DNA of 64,000 bases from Octopus sinensis (Eukaryota), in assembly GCF_006345805.1 (NCBI RefSeq), contig NC_043001.1:86056001-86120000 (forward strand). The letters are read 5' to 3'. A program made the translations under genes and the position numbers. Positions 12,970-28,412 of this stretch are shown here, in pieces (position 1 is the first letter of the stretch; each line of letters opens with the position of its first letter). Below the pieces are notes generated by a model. The model was given only the letters and a program-made list of their open reading frames with translations. It did not search any database and was not told the origin of the DNA.

Positions 12970-13900
12970 ATAAACTTTGCTTTCCGATGGTTGCTTATCC
13001 CATTGCAGAAGATGGTCTCCAGTTGGTTGCTTTCTGAGTTTCGTGGACCGTGGCAAATCTCATAAACCATGTTGCAGTGGTCCAAATATGTGATAGTCGA
13101 AAGGGGCGAGATCTGCATTGATAGTCAGAAGGGGCAAGATCTGCACAGGGTATTCCAGAAACTCAAACCCAATATTTTTTGCAATGGTTTCAACAAAGTG
13201 GGTGCCAATAAACCTCGGCGTTTGGTTTGAGATTGTCGATCAGCATTTCAGTGTCGCATAACATGATGACTTTAGATTCATTTAAAAGTTAATGTCCAGT
13301 AAAGCCCTTTTTGCGTCCCCAAAAAACAGTTAGCTTCACTTTTTCTCCGAAAAGGTAGGTCTTCAAATTATTTTTGGCTGGCAATTTTGGGTGTTTACAG
13401 TCCTTTCTCTGACTTTTGGATTCTGACTCAAAGTGATGGATCCAAGTCTCATCTCATGTAACTATTCTCTGCAAATGACCTTCGCTTTCATTGTTGTAGC
13501 AGTCGAACATGCGGTGACATGATTGCACTTGTACACTTCGGTAAACTCTCTTGGTAACAATCTCGCAGACTTTACGAAAGCCAAGATTGTGGATGATTTT
13601 GAATGCAGAAACATGGCTAATATACAGAGAAACTGACACCTCATTGATGGCCACTCGTCGGTTCGCCAGAAGCATCTCTCGAGCTTTCAGTGATGAAAGT
13701 AATTGGTGTCCTGCTTCTTCTTCACGCTTCTTGTGCCATCTTCATCCACTCATACACACATCTACGCGTTGTAAACCTATCCCTGCATTGTACTGAAAAC
13801 TTACGATGAATTAAAGCCCCTGACACACCCTCAGACCTGAAATATTGGATCACCGATCTATTTTTCCATAGTGTACTGTTAGCGGAGCGGTCATGTTTAT
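12970..13900 (-). pseudogene. Decayed mariner transposase
   Basis: N-terminal RSVIQYFRSEGVSGALIHRK...VYEW, then IVT*DETWIHHFES, then DLAPSDY/DYHIFGPL. The DLAPSDY codons are tandemly duplicated (28 bp, about 13092-13147). Confidence 0.85.
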
Positions 13901-14164
13901 TCTGTAACATAAGAAAGAAATCTAGAGCGATCAGGGCGAAACCCCGGTTCCCAAACAAGATAGTACACCTCTTCTAGCACGCGAGCACTAAAGGCAGAGA
14001 GATCAATCGAAATAAATTATGCCGAAATTACGGAAACAACTTGCAAATACAATTGGGGACCTTCATCTTGACGATATTATTGCGCACCGGCCCTCATCAT
14101 AAGACCCTACTTGCTGGCTCTACAGGTTGCTAAGCTTTCTTCAATATCATTAAAGGCATTGCTA

Positions 14165-14485
14165 ATCCTCTCTTTTTAAAAAGATTCCAGTTGCTTGTCG
14201 TTTCCACTGTAGCCTGGATGTCGCTTGTGATGATATTTGTTTTACGTTGGATTAGACCTAGCTAAAACAACCATCATTTTATACTGCTTTCAATGAATCC
14301 TCTGCCTCCGGTCTCGATTGGATAATGCACTGTTTTTCAGCCCTTGTCTTCACGTTCCTTGAGATCTTTATAACGGTTGATCTATGGAGTCCGAGCAGCG
14401 CCCACGTTATTTTCATGAAGAACCGTCAACTCGACTAGATTTACCACTATTTTTTCTACATGCCATATGATACCTGGTTTTTGTA
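14165..14485 (-). pseudogene. 3' remnant of an RLE-type non-LTR element (R2/NeSL/Hero group)
   Basis: KPGIIWHVEKIVVNLVELTVLHENNV...RYKDL...KG*KTVHYPIETGGRGF resembles the PD..ELT..E...KY..L...PVEVG.RGF restriction-like endonuclease pattern. Confidence 0.65.
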
Positions 14486-14502
14486 TGTATTGGTAGATAG
14501 AT

Positions 14503-14812
14503 AGACCACGGAGTAGCTCCCTCCAAAGATACAATGACCAACTGAAAGCAACATTAAAAGCTACTGGAACTGAGCCTAAATCTTTTGAAACACAAGCCTG
14601 AGACCGTACCAAGTGGCGGTGCTCCATCACCAACGGATCCAAAAACTTCGAAGCTATCACAAGAGAAAAGGAAGAAATCAAACGAGAAGAGGGAAAGGTT
14701 ATCAAAATCAACCTTGTCCTACACCAACATTATTATGCAGTCAAAGCCATCGACTCTTTTATGCAAGAATTGGTCTACAGAGCCATCATCGCCATCAAAA
14801 TAAAAGGAGCTC
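14503..14812 (+). pseudogene. RTE-clade LINE 3' remnant
   Basis: QRYNDQLKATLKATGTEPKSFETQA*DRTKWR, followed after a frameshift by LCSQSHRLFYARIGLQSHHRH (RTE C-terminal motif). Confidence 0.8.
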
Positions 14813-15201
14813 TTAACAAAGAAGAAACTAAATTCTCAGATACAAGATAAAGCAGACTACAACGGTAGATTTATATTATATATATGTATGTATGTATGTA
14901 TATATATATATATGTATGTATGTATATATATATTCCTCGAGGAAAAATGTACGCAGGTGAATGCGTAGGTGTATACGTGTGTGTATGTGGGTGCGCATGC
15001 GTGTGCTTATTTACGCAAATTAAAGCCCAAGGTTATGTTTAACTTCGCTTGACCATACGCATCAGCGGGTTGGGAACAAATACTAATATTTGTCTGTATA
15101 ACTAAATGATTCCTGAATTTACGACTGTTGGTCAATTTTTATGTCTTCGTATCACTGCACAAACGCTGTGTATAAATATATATTAACATTATAAGTAGGT
15201 T

Positions 15202-15299
<98 letters not shown>

Positions 15300-15325
15300 C
15301 AGACATATAGACAGACAGATAGATA

Positions 15326-15720
15326 GGCGCAGGAGTGGATGTGTGGTAAGAAGGTGGCGAGCTGGCAGAAACATTAGCACGCCGGTCGAAACACTTTGCG
15401 GTATTACGCCTGCCGTTACGTTCTGAGTTCAAATCCGCCGAGGTCGACTTTACCTTTCATCCTTTCGGGATCGATAAATTAAGTACCATTTACGCACTGG
15501 GGTCGATGTAATCGACTTAATACCTTTGCCTGTCCTTGTTTGTCCCCTCTATGTTTAGCCCCTTGTGATCAATAAAGAAATAAGAAGCTGGCTTCCCAGC
15601 CACATGGTTCGGGGTTCACTCCCACTGCGTGGCATCTTGGGCAAGTGACTTCTGCTAGAATTTCGAGACACCCTTGCGAGTGGATTTAGTAGACGGAAAC
15701 TGAAAGGAGCCTGTCGTGTA
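15326..15720 (+). mobile_element. SINE family A interrupted by SINE family C (15354-15587)
   Basis: The family A head stops at 15353 and resumes at 15588. taagaag occurs at both junctions. Confidence 0.75.
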
Positions 15721-16019
15721 TATACAGATGTGTGTTTACGTGTATATATAGATGTGCGTGTACGAGTGTATACGTGTAAATGTGCATACGTATATGCGTA
15801 TATGCATGTATTTATGGGTATACGTGTGATAGGCATCCAATATCGGCGTATATGTATATACGTATGCGTGTATATATATGTATGTATACGCAGGCCTATA
15901 TAATAATGCATACATACACACATATATGTAGATACATGCGCGGGTGCGTGTATCGATATACACTTTTTTCCTTCTTTCTTTCTCTCTGGTTCCTCTACTC
16001 ACACTATCACATTAGCCAG

Positions 16020-16856
16020 TAGAATAAGCACATTTATAAAAACTTGACCATTCTTAATATTCTTCCCTTCCGTTCTGTGGCTTACTACTCACTTTAGAAA
16101 ACCTACCTCCTATACCTTTTTACTGTATCCATCCCTTAGTGCCATTCTAACATCACCCCCACCTCACATACCTCGCATACATCATTACTTACATTCTTAT
16201 CTCTTCCTACTCGTCCCCTACTCCTCTCCCATCCCTCCTCATAATAACTTGATCACCAACTAACACACCTTTTCCATATTTTTCCACTTGCACTTTTTTC
16301 ATTTTGTCTTCCCCTTTCCTTCTTTTTTCTCAGCTTTTCCCTTGACCTCTCTCTTCATTTTAAGATACACATCACTTCTCCCCTCTCTATCCACTAAATA
16401 CTACCACTATATCCTCAAATTTTCATTCACACCACAAGACACCTTTGAATGAACAGCACATGGAATCTACGTCTCCACACTTTCCGTTTGTGATGACAAA
16501 ATATGAACTCCTATTGGAATTTACATACCACGGTCAAGTAGCATTCCTAATACTTCTACACACCCCTTTCCTTGGATAATGGAACTGCGACTATAACATC
16601 TTTATATATTTATATTTTATTTCTACATACATTCTCCTGTTTCCCTATATACTCCTTATTTGCTTCCTTTTCCAAAATAACTCCTTATATTGAACTCTAC
16701 TATTTCCCTCTATTCAACCATCTCACATCATCTCTGATGTAGGGATACCCGTAGTTCCCAGAAACAGTTGTAAGACTAATTTTATCTATATAAATGTCCT
16801 GAAAATTCCATACAGCCTTGGCTTTGTTGTCTCATTTTATTTAACGCAAAATACAA

Positions 16857-16860
<4 letters not shown>
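16020..16860 (+). mobile_element. Pyrimidine-rich PLE-like 3' region ending in a hammerhead-like motif (16731-16775)
   Basis: tct-CTGATGT-A-GGGA tacccgtagt TCCC-A-GAA-ACA gt TGT-A-aga. Core A9>U. The PLE assignment is inferred from the motif and its context. Confidence 0.5.
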
Positions 16861-16910
<50 letters not shown>

Positions 16911-17225
16911 ACACACACACATATATATATATAAAAGAAAATAGAGATAAATTAATAATTATTCATTATGTACAAAATTTTCATTATGTACATCATCTCT
17001 GACAGCTGTTTTGATTCAAAACTTCAGAAATTAATTAGGATATTTAAGAACATTTTAAAGCTGAATCTCATCGGTGATTGAAAAAGATATACCATTACAT
17101 TTTCATATTATTGTGTGCTGAGTGTACAGAGCAAATCATATACACACATACATACATACATACATACATACATACATACATACATACATACCATACATAC
17201 ATACATACATACATATAATATATAT

Positions 17226-17256
<31 letters not shown>

Positions 17257-17517
17257 AATAAATATACAGTCAGTCAGTCAACAGATAAGGTTTAGACGTT
17301 CAATATAGGGAACACCTAGTACTGCTCAAATTATTTAGACTTTAACTCTGAAATCATTATCGAGGATTAGGCCCACGGGGCAACGTGGGGTTACCAGAAG
17401 AATCCAGGTGAGCTGATATGGAGCTAGTGATAAAGATGAACACGAATAAGCTGATATAAATAAATATACATACATATATATCTATACACATATAGAAATT
17501 TATAGATACATATAGGA

Positions 17518-17548
<31 letters not shown>

Positions 17549-17674
17549 AATATATATATAATATATACATTCAAAACTAAATATATTCAGAAGATAAAGA
17601 TACAGGTACAAGCATGTAGACGCACACACATACATACATACATACACATATACATATATATATATATGTATGAT

Positions 17675-18451
17675 AAAAAAAATGTATGATAGATTGCAGT
17701 CAATTCATTCTCTCTTACCTGTTTGTGTCTGTCTTCCAAATGCTGTTTTTACTGAGATCTCCCTTTTTAGTAGAAGAAATAGCTATAACCCTTTGACTGC
17801 TATTTCTAAATTCGGTATGTGGGAGGCAACTCGTTGCTAAACCCTTATTGCTTAGTATTACTTAAATTGTCCTCGAATGAGGCTTTTACATGCCGAAGAC
17901 TACTTGGTGTATTGATAATTTTTCCAAATTAATTAATTTCACCCTTCATTATTACGGATAACCATATTTTATCTCAGTAGATGACCACAGCATCTTGTTT
18001 GGCTACACGCGGGTGGGAAGGGGCTGTTGACACAATCGTTTCATTCAGAAATTGAATTCGGTGATACCAGTTGCGGATTCTAGCTCGCTCTGATACTGAG
18101 TTGAGTTGGTGCCTTCTGGTATCTCAAAATTCAATATATAATCATTATGATTATAGTATTCTACGCTGAAGAGAAAAGAAGTTTCGGTAAGATAGAATTA
18201 TTTAATATTTAATATTTAATTCTTATGCTTTCCTAAAAACTTGATTTCGAAACGTACGTCCGTGGATAACTAAAAAAATGTATGATAGATTGCAGTCAAT
18301 TCATTCTCTCTTACCTGTTTGTGTCTGCCTTCCAAATGCTGTTTTTACTGAGATCTCCCTTTTTAGTAGAAGAAATAGCTATAACCCTTTGACTGCTATT
18401 TCTAAATTCGGTATGTGGTAAGGCAACTCGTTGCTAAACCCTTATTGCTTA

Positions 18452-18455
<4 letters not shown>
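17675..18455. repeat. Two 184-bp direct repeats (17675-17858, 18272-18455) around a 413-bp core
   Basis: The repeats differ at about 3 positions. The whole unit is bounded by TA tracts. Confidence 0.9.
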
Positions 18456-18497
<42 letters not shown>

Positions 18498-18678
18498 ATA
18501 TATGTATATATGTATGTATATATATATTGACAAATAAATTTCTTTATCAAGTTAAGAAAACCGTGCATTCTTCCCTAAGGTTCTCTATTTCTTTGTCATA
18601 TATAATTAAAAACCTACATTCTTGTACATAGTTGTTTATCCCCTGCATATATTTAGATGTTGCATGTCTATACACTTT

Positions 18679-18778
18679 NNNNNNNNNNNNNNNNNNNNNN
18701 NNNNNNNNNNNNNNNNNNNNNNNNNNNNNNNNNNNNNNNNNNNNNNNNNNNNNNNNNNNNNNNNNNNNNNNNNNNNNN
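18679..18778. other. Assembly gap (100 N)
   Basis: Run of exactly 100 N, so true distance and orientation across the gap are not guaranteed. Confidence 0.99.
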
Positions 18779-18792
18779 TATCACATTGCCAC

Positions 18793-18847
<55 letters not shown>

Positions 18848-18895
18848 CATGCATACATACATACATACATACATACATACATACATACATACATA

Positions 18896-19547
18896 CAGGG
18901 TGGCCATAAAGTTACGCATCATCATGCAATATGTGAAATCGCTAACATTCTCTTTTTTAATCCCTTTTCACAAGTGTCGATATTACTCACAAATCAATCC
19001 TCATTGGATGGAGGCAGATATTCATCAGGAGGGGGGGGGCAAGGTATTGGTGTGGTATGGGATATGGCACAACCAAGTAATTCGGTCAGTATCCGCACAT
19101 GCTTGGCAACAAAATGATGCTTCATGTATATTTATTTGGAAGTGGAAATCCTGTCTGGTTTCAGCAGGATGGGGATCTGTCCCACTGTGCATTACAGGTT
19201 CGTGATTTTCTGAATGAACATTTTCCAGAGAGATGGCTCGAGCATCGCGGGCCAATAGAAAGAGCACTACAGTTAGCAAACTTAACTCACATGAACTATT
19301 TCTTCTGGGGCTACATTAAATCCTTTGTGTGTTCTGAAAATATTCGTGACCAAGAAAATCCTCTTGAAGCGTGCCAATAAGTCAACGGCAATGAAGAGCT
19401 ATTTGAGAGGGTCCTTCGCAATTTCATATTCTGAATGAACACTTGTTTAAAGCTACGTGGCCAACATTTGTAATGGATTACCTACTTCATTACTAATAAA
19501 ACATATTTGATATCACCCATGGGACGTGACTTTGTGGACATCGTCTG
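18896..19547 (+). mobile_element. Internally deleted Tc1/mariner-superfamily transposon
   Basis: Imperfect TIRs (cagggtggccataaagttacg versus reverse complement cagacgatgtccacaaagtcacg) flanked by TA. Peptide remnants NPHWMEA..KVLVWYGIW and WFQQDG..H...VRDFLNEHFPERW...FFWGYIKS. Confidence 0.85.
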
Positions 19548-20875
19548 TATATATATATATATATATATATATAACCTCGCTGTTTTACGTTCACGTGATA
19601 ATATATTATTTCATCTAATGCTGTAAACAATTCTTCCAGTCCACTACCTTGGACTAGCACTGTATATATTAACACCGAAAAAATGAAAAGTAAATTTGTT
19701 CCCTTTGAGTTTGAACTCAGAACGCTGATTATTGAATATGAATACCGTAAATCATTTTATCCTTAACGACTATACCACTTAACGACTGTGAAGTTTATAT
19801 ATTATCTCGCATATAATCCAAGACATTGCTACAATCCACTTCGCTATAAATAGGTTTCATTGTGGATACCGTCAACTAAGACGGATACATTCCACTTGAC
19901 TCTGCTTAAGTACGATAGAATGATGATGATGGGGAGGATGAGGTTGAGGATGAGAATGAGGATGATAGCTGGGTCTCTGGATATATGTCTTTACTAAGAA
20001 CTGAACATCATCACCATCAGTATCATCATCCATCTTTCCTGCTTGCATGAGTCAGACGGAATTCGTTGAGGCTGATTTTCTATGAACGGAGGCCAATGTT
20101 ACCAGTTTCCAAACAAGGCAATGTTTCCCTTCAGCTATACATGTCTTCACAGAAAATTGAGAATAAACAACGCCGTCTGTATGGCGGTGAGTCTTGTTTA
20201 CAACTGCCGCGCGATGTCATAAAGAAACGCAAACACACATACGCGTGTACATTATTATAATTTGCAAATCACCAAACGTAATAAGTTTTTATGCTTTTTC
20301 GCTATTTGAATTTAAAATCAGACCAGATTAATGTATCGTTAACATCTCACCACGATCACTAAAATATGTGCTCTATCTACGTAATGGTTTCAGTTTAATT
20401 TCACTATATTAAACACGCTTCTCACATTACATGCCTTGTGCTTTGTGCTTAAGTGGGAATTAATATACAAGCGAGAGCATACTCCTAACACAAATAAACA
20501 GAATAAATGTGAAATGTGTCAGACCAGCATCGCTTACAGCAGATCTCAACAAGATTTTTTGTAAAAATGCTGACGTTGTTTCACAAGATATTCGCATTAA
20601 TTTAGGTTGTAAACAAAAATATGGTGGAATTGGAGTGAGGTCAAAGATAAATAGAACTTTATCTTAAACATTGAAGAATTATGTATCAATTTCCTGCAAA
20701 TGAGGATTGTCACAAATAAACACATACGCACAATTAGACAGTCTTGTGAGCTCGCCTAAAATGTGTGTGTGTGTGTGCATGTATGTGTACGTGCGTGTAC
20801 ACGTATGTTATACATTATATATACACGAGTATGGACAGACAGACAAGCAGGCAGACAATCAATCAGTCAGACAGT

Positions 20876-20914
<39 letters not shown>

Positions 20915-20960
20915 ATAGATAGACACATACATACATACATACATACATAGACAGACAGAG

Positions 20961-21058
<98 letters not shown>

Positions 21059-21072
21059 TCAGACAAATAGAC

Positions 21073-21163
<91 letters not shown>

Positions 21164-21379
21164 TTTCACGCCAGTGCGACCATCAAACGTGAAACACGAG
21201 TCGCAAGACTGTTAACACTATCGTATGAGGGAAAAGCTATGTGGTGATTTGACCGTCTAAAAATAGCAACCAAATCACACTTGTATTTTTGACCTTTAAA
21301 AATGTGATGGACACTTTGATTTATAATGTTATGATGTATTGTTTGAAAATAATTGACTAAGTGGTCCTGACTGGTTTGC

Positions 21380-21720
21380 CTTTACTCTTTTACTTGTTTC
21401 AGTCATTTGACTCCGGTCATGCTGGAGCACCGCCTTTAGTCGAAAAAATCGACCCCAGGACTTGTTCTTTGTAAGCCTAGTACTTATTCTATCGGCCTCT
21501 TTAGCCGAACCGTTAAGTTACGGGTACTAAACACACCAGCATCGGTTGTCAAGCGATCCATTCACAATCCGTCTATCAAATCCACTCACAAGGCTTTGGC
21601 GGGCCCGAGGCTATAGTAGAGGACACTGGCCCAAGGTACCACGCAATGGAACTGAACCCGGAACTATGTGGTTGGTAAGCAAGTTACTTACCACAGAGCC
21701 ACTCCTGGGCCTGCAGGAGT
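21380..21720 (-). mobile_element. SINE family A (both halves, central tract deleted)
   Basis: Homologous to 31508-31936. Confidence 0.75.
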
Positions 21721-21888
21721 GGCTTTGGTCATAAATCTAGATCAAGCTTGATGACACATACACATACACACGAATACATGCACATTCATACACACATGCA
21801 TACACACACATACAATGATATTGACAGAACCATACAGATACTCACAACCGTAGACAGAATCACACTCACATACACACTAACACACAGG

Positions 21889-21931
<43 letters not shown>

Positions 21932-21994
21932 CGTACTCGTATATTTTGGGGGATTTTCTGCGAGAAAATATTTTTGTAGCAACTTCTAGAGATA

Positions 21995-22145
21995 TTATTT
22001 ACGTTATTTACAATTGACGGATATTTGTCCTCATCTTGTTTGTTCTTAACACAACGTTTCGGCTGATATACCCTCCAGTCTTCATCAGGTGTCTTGGGAA
22101 ATTTCGAACCTGGGTTCTCATTCCTAAGGTATTTTTCGATATTGT
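21995..22145 (-). mobile_element. Short PLE-derived repeat with a hammerhead-like motif (22048-22093)
   Basis: Minus strand GACAC-CTGATGA-A-GACTG..CAGCC-GAA-ACGT-T-GTGTT has a canonical core and a palindromic helix III. Confidence 0.7.
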
Positions 22146-22171
22146 CATTATTATTATTCACGTCACTGCCA

Positions 22172-23855
<1,684 letters not shown>

Positions 23856-23991
23856 CAATAATAATAATAATAATAATAATTAAAATTAAATAATAATAAT
23901 AATAATATAATGATAATAATAATGATAATAATAATAATAATAATAATAATAATATAATAATAATAATAATAATAAATAATAATAGTAAAAT

Positions 23992-24550
23992 AAAGACCTG
24001 ATGCAGTAACAGACAGTGGCTCTCATGGCTTCTAATCTTAACTGATTGGAAGTGTTATCAGGTACACTGTTTTGTCTTGGTTTTAAAGATGGGCTACAGC
24101 AAATATTCTGCTCAATACCACAGATTTGCTTGTCAGTTGTTTGACCGTAACCAGTTGAGAGCATGTCCCTTAGTGGCTGACGATATGTGCATCTCTGATC
24201 ACGAGCAGAAGTAGTGGGCGAGTATCATAGCCGTGTGTTGAAAGGGATTTTTGGGGGTTTGAATAATTCACCTCTGGAAACATGGGTGGTTCGTTCAACA
24301 TCCTTAAACAATCCTTATTCAGGGACCTGTTGAGCGGGATAGGCTACTCGACCAGAATAAAATTCTAACTGGGGCCCACCTGCAAGGTCATGTGCTGTTT
24401 ATCTTGATATGAGATCACCATGTCGCGCACATATGGTTGCGATGCATGTTCCTTGCGTACCCTTAGCAAACGGGTAGTCATGATAGGTATATTGGGCTTC
24501 GTATATTTTATCCCAGTGCCACTTTAATGACATACACGGCTCTCTCACTC
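23992..24550. mobile_element. About 560-bp non-coding element flanked by (AAT)n, copy 1
   Basis: Colinear with 61421-61978 and 62021-62551. Confidence 0.85.
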
Positions 24551-24611
24551 AATAATAATGAAAAATAATAATAATAATATAATGATGATGATGATGATGA
24601 TGATGACGATA

Positions 24612-24765
24612 ACATCGAAAAATACCTTAGGAATGAAAACCCAGGTTCGAAATTTCCCAAGGCACCTGATGAAGTCTGGAGAGTATATCAGCCGAAACCT
24701 TGTGTTAACAACAAACAAGATGAGGACAAATATCCGTCAAATGTAAATGATGTAAATAATGTACA
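24612..24765 (+). mobile_element. Second, inverted copy of the 21995-22145 repeat; hammerhead-like motif at 24661-24706
   Basis: GGCAC-CTGATGA-A-GTCTG..CAGCC-GAA-ACCT-T-GTGTT. Helix III carries a mismatch. Confidence 0.7.
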
Positions 24766-25205
24766 TAATTCCTCATCTCTTAAATATAGAACTGAACTTC
24801 TACAGACTCTCAAAACAAACTTTTCAACTTCTCTACAAACATAAAAATTTACAAATTTCCCTAGTACTATCAATACATTTTCCATCAATTCAAATTCAAC
24901 AACTTTATATTTCTCTTGTATTCCTACACAATATTATATCCAATTTCATATTTTAGTTTCTAAATTCAATACATTTATTCTGGTATGTATACGATTCATT
25001 TTACTAAGATTTCTTTAAACATTTTTGAAGAGGAATTTTTCTTGCATTCCTTTGAATACAAAGATATTACTTAAACACAACTTTCAATAGTACTAGGCTT
25101 TTTTTGGAGGTTTAATTACGAATTATTTGTATATGTGTACGTAAGTATGATTGCATGTGTGTGCGTGCATGTGCTTGTGTGTATATATAAATATACATAT
25201 GTATT

Positions 25206-25259
<54 letters not shown>

Positions 25260-25678
25260 AACACACATAAATATGTATATTTATATATATGCACACAAGC
25301 ACACTCACATACATTCATACATGCATACACACATACATACATACATACATACATACATACGTACATGCATACATACATACATACATACATACATACATAC
25401 ATACATACATACATACTCTCACATACAAACGCTTGCACGCACACAAGCATGCAGTCACGCGCAAATTCATTCGTTCACTATCATTCCATATCAAAAACAA
25501 CATATTTAAAGTAAAATTATTTATTTATATTAAATTACACATTTTTCCTAGGTTTCCTTGTTTATTGTTGGTAAATGGAAAAATTTCGTTCGATATCTAT
25601 TTGTATATCTATACATACATACATACATAATACATACATACATACATACATACATACATACATACATACATACATACA

Positions 25679-25714
<36 letters not shown>

Positions 25715-25736
25715 TTATATATATATATATATGTAC

Positions 25737-25782
<46 letters not shown>

Positions 25783-26274
25783 TATAGTTAATCCAAACAT
25801 GAAAACACATAGAGAAAACACAACAACGCGAGGATGTGGAACAAGTATGGTGTTATTTGATGTATATATGGTGTTATTTGATATATATATATATAGATAT
25901 ATATATATATATAACACATTTATATATAATATATGTATATGTGTATGTATATTTATTTATATATAAATATGCATAAATATACATACACATGCATACACGT
26001 ACATACATATATGCATATACACTCACACATATGTGTGTGTTTGTATGTATGTAAGTATGCATGTATGTATGCACACATAGATGAATGAATGAATGTTTTT
26101 TTTTCAAATATCAGTTGATAAAAAAAGCTATCCTTGAAATTTTACCATGGGTAGCTTCTCAAAACTCAATAATAACGAAACATTATTGAATCAGCAGTGT
26201 AGCAACATTAGTTTCTACCTGAAAAATACGAAGAAATTTTCAAAAAATGCAGCAAAAATTCACACAAATGAGAA

Positions 26275-26605
26275 CCCCTTCGGTCATGACTAACCAAGGG
26301 ATTACACCTAGAAAGTTACCCTCCCAGGCACAAGTCCGGGCAAAGATGTTTATAGAAGACCAGCAGTCGCCCACACATATCGGTGTCCCCTCTCCACGCC
26401 ACCAGTGTTATCCAAGGGAAAGGTAAAGGCCGATACAGCTTGGCACCTGTGACGTCGCAACTCATTTCTACAGCCGAGTGAACTGAAGCAACGTGAAATA
26501 AAGTATCTTGCTCAAGAACACAACACGCAGCCCGGTTCGGGATTCAAACTCACAACCTCACGATTGTAAGCTCGACACTCTAACCACTGAGCCATGCGCC
26601 TTCAC
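26275..26605 (-). mobile_element. tRNA-derived SINE (family D)
   Basis: Head tggctcagtggttagag...gtttgaatccc, then ttgagcaagatactttatttcacgttgc. Fragments also near 11410-11500 and 63570-63680. Confidence 0.75.
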
Positions 26606-27335
26606 ATTCACACAGACAGTCCTTCAATAATTATCTGGATCGACGTTTATAACAACACATAAGGACAAACCTTCCTCGTAGAATCTGTAGAATCCTTGTA
26701 GAATCTGTTACCAGCGCCAGTCCTAAATTGATAATGTAGAACTAACTCTGTTAAGAACCAGTGCGATGCTATATCTCTTTTGCAATTATTATGTCAGGTA
26801 GTTCGAAAATGGTAAATTTCCGTTCGGCTATTTTTATTTGGTTATGAATTTAAATAACGTATTTTTAACGTGAAAAGCAATCCACAATACCTTATCTAGT
26901 CGAGGTTATTATAATAGATATTGGATATGATATTTTTATGCCAATTCCAAAATACGATTTTTATTTAAATTTAATGCTGAGGCTGGTTAGATCTTTCGGG
27001 GAAGACAATATATGTTTTTTATTCTCACGGGAATTTATGAATAATTATGTGATTGTTGTGGAAATCATATAACTCTTTCTATGTATGCAATAGAATTTGA
27101 TTAGCAGAATATAAGATACATGGAAAATATGTGAAGAGCACGCTAACATGTAGTTTGGCGTGGGTGATATTTTCCAGTGGGCGTCCAGAAACATATCAAA
27201 ACACGGTAATTTATTTGCTGCCGAACTTCTAGATTTAATAGTAAATATCCCGTAAATACTCCAACTCTTTTCAAAACGAACTTAGTAACAATATCAAAAT
27301 GTTCATATCATCTAATAATAGGTTTGTTTTTTTAA

Positions 27336-27520
27336 GGCGGCGAGTGGCAGAAACTTTAGCGAAATGCTTAGCGGTATTTCATCTGTCTTTAACGTTCTTA
27401 GTCGCCGAGGTCGACTTTGCCTTTCATCCTTTTGGTGTCGATAAATTTGCGTACTGGGGTCGATCTAATCGACTGGCACCCTCCCCCAAAATTTAGGGCT
27501 TTGTACTAGGGTAGAAAAGA
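27336..27520 (+). mobile_element. SINE family C; further copies at about 36420-36628 (-) and 59618-59800 (-)
   Basis: Shared gccgaggtcgactttgcctttcatcc core. Confidence 0.75.
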
Positions 27521-27640
27521 ATAAATTTGTTTCTTTGATCATATTGATAAACACTATGAGGTGGTTAATTAATAATATAAATAGCTACTCTGTAATGATG
27601 TATCAAATTAATGTAGGAAAACCAAATCACAAGGAAAACT

Positions 27641-28100
27641 GTATTAGATAAGAGAATAGAAAATCTACCAAAGCGTGAAGCATTCATCACTTTAAGATAC
27701 TATAAGGTAGACTTTGCTAATAACCCTAGATATAGGCTAATAAACCAGGAGAAAACGGAAATAGGATTGATAAGCAAGAACATCTTCAGAAAAATCAATA
27801 TTAACAAAAGGAGCAAAATAAGACTCTAACAGAAAATCAACTTATTTTGAAATATTGAAAATAACTGAAGCCAAATCCATTCTGCTATATAGCAGAGATT
27901 TAGGACACAACGCTGGAAATAGATAAAGCTGTCAAATTTGCCAGTATGTTTACATGTGGAAACAAAATGAATGTGCGCACAAGCAAAATGTTACTCTTTG
28001 ATAATGAATCAGTCTGGATCAGAAATTCAGAGCTCACCATTATATTTGACTTAAGTATGTAAAACAGTGCAAACGTATGGGAACTGGTTGACCTATATAG
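27641..28100 (+). pseudogene. Decayed Penelope-like reverse transcriptase fragment
   Basis: VLDKRIENLPKREAFITL...RYRLINQEKTEIGLISK and SKMLLFDNESVWI...FDLSM*NSANVWELVDLY match the PLE RT N-terminal and motif-B layout. Confidence 0.8.
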
Positions 28101-28312
28101 GAAATTTTAAAGGATAAATGCACTGATACCAACATGAGCGTATAAGGAGAGGAAAGGTTAGCACTAGCATTTATAATAGTCACACACACAAGAACACAAG
28201 ATAGCTATAAGAAAGTCCACATACGCACCTTAGATATATTATAAATATTATTAAAAAATTGGCGTATTGTGTGTCGGTAAATACAGTACATAGAGATACG
28301 TATATGTGAATA

Positions 28313-28363
<51 letters not shown>

Positions 28364-28374
28364 CACACACACAA

Positions 28375-28412
<38 letters not shown>

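Noticed and set aside
16998-17030. Hammerhead-like remnant on the minus strand (ctgaagt...aaaacagctgtc)
   Set aside because: Both core segments are mutated and there is no convincing helix I.
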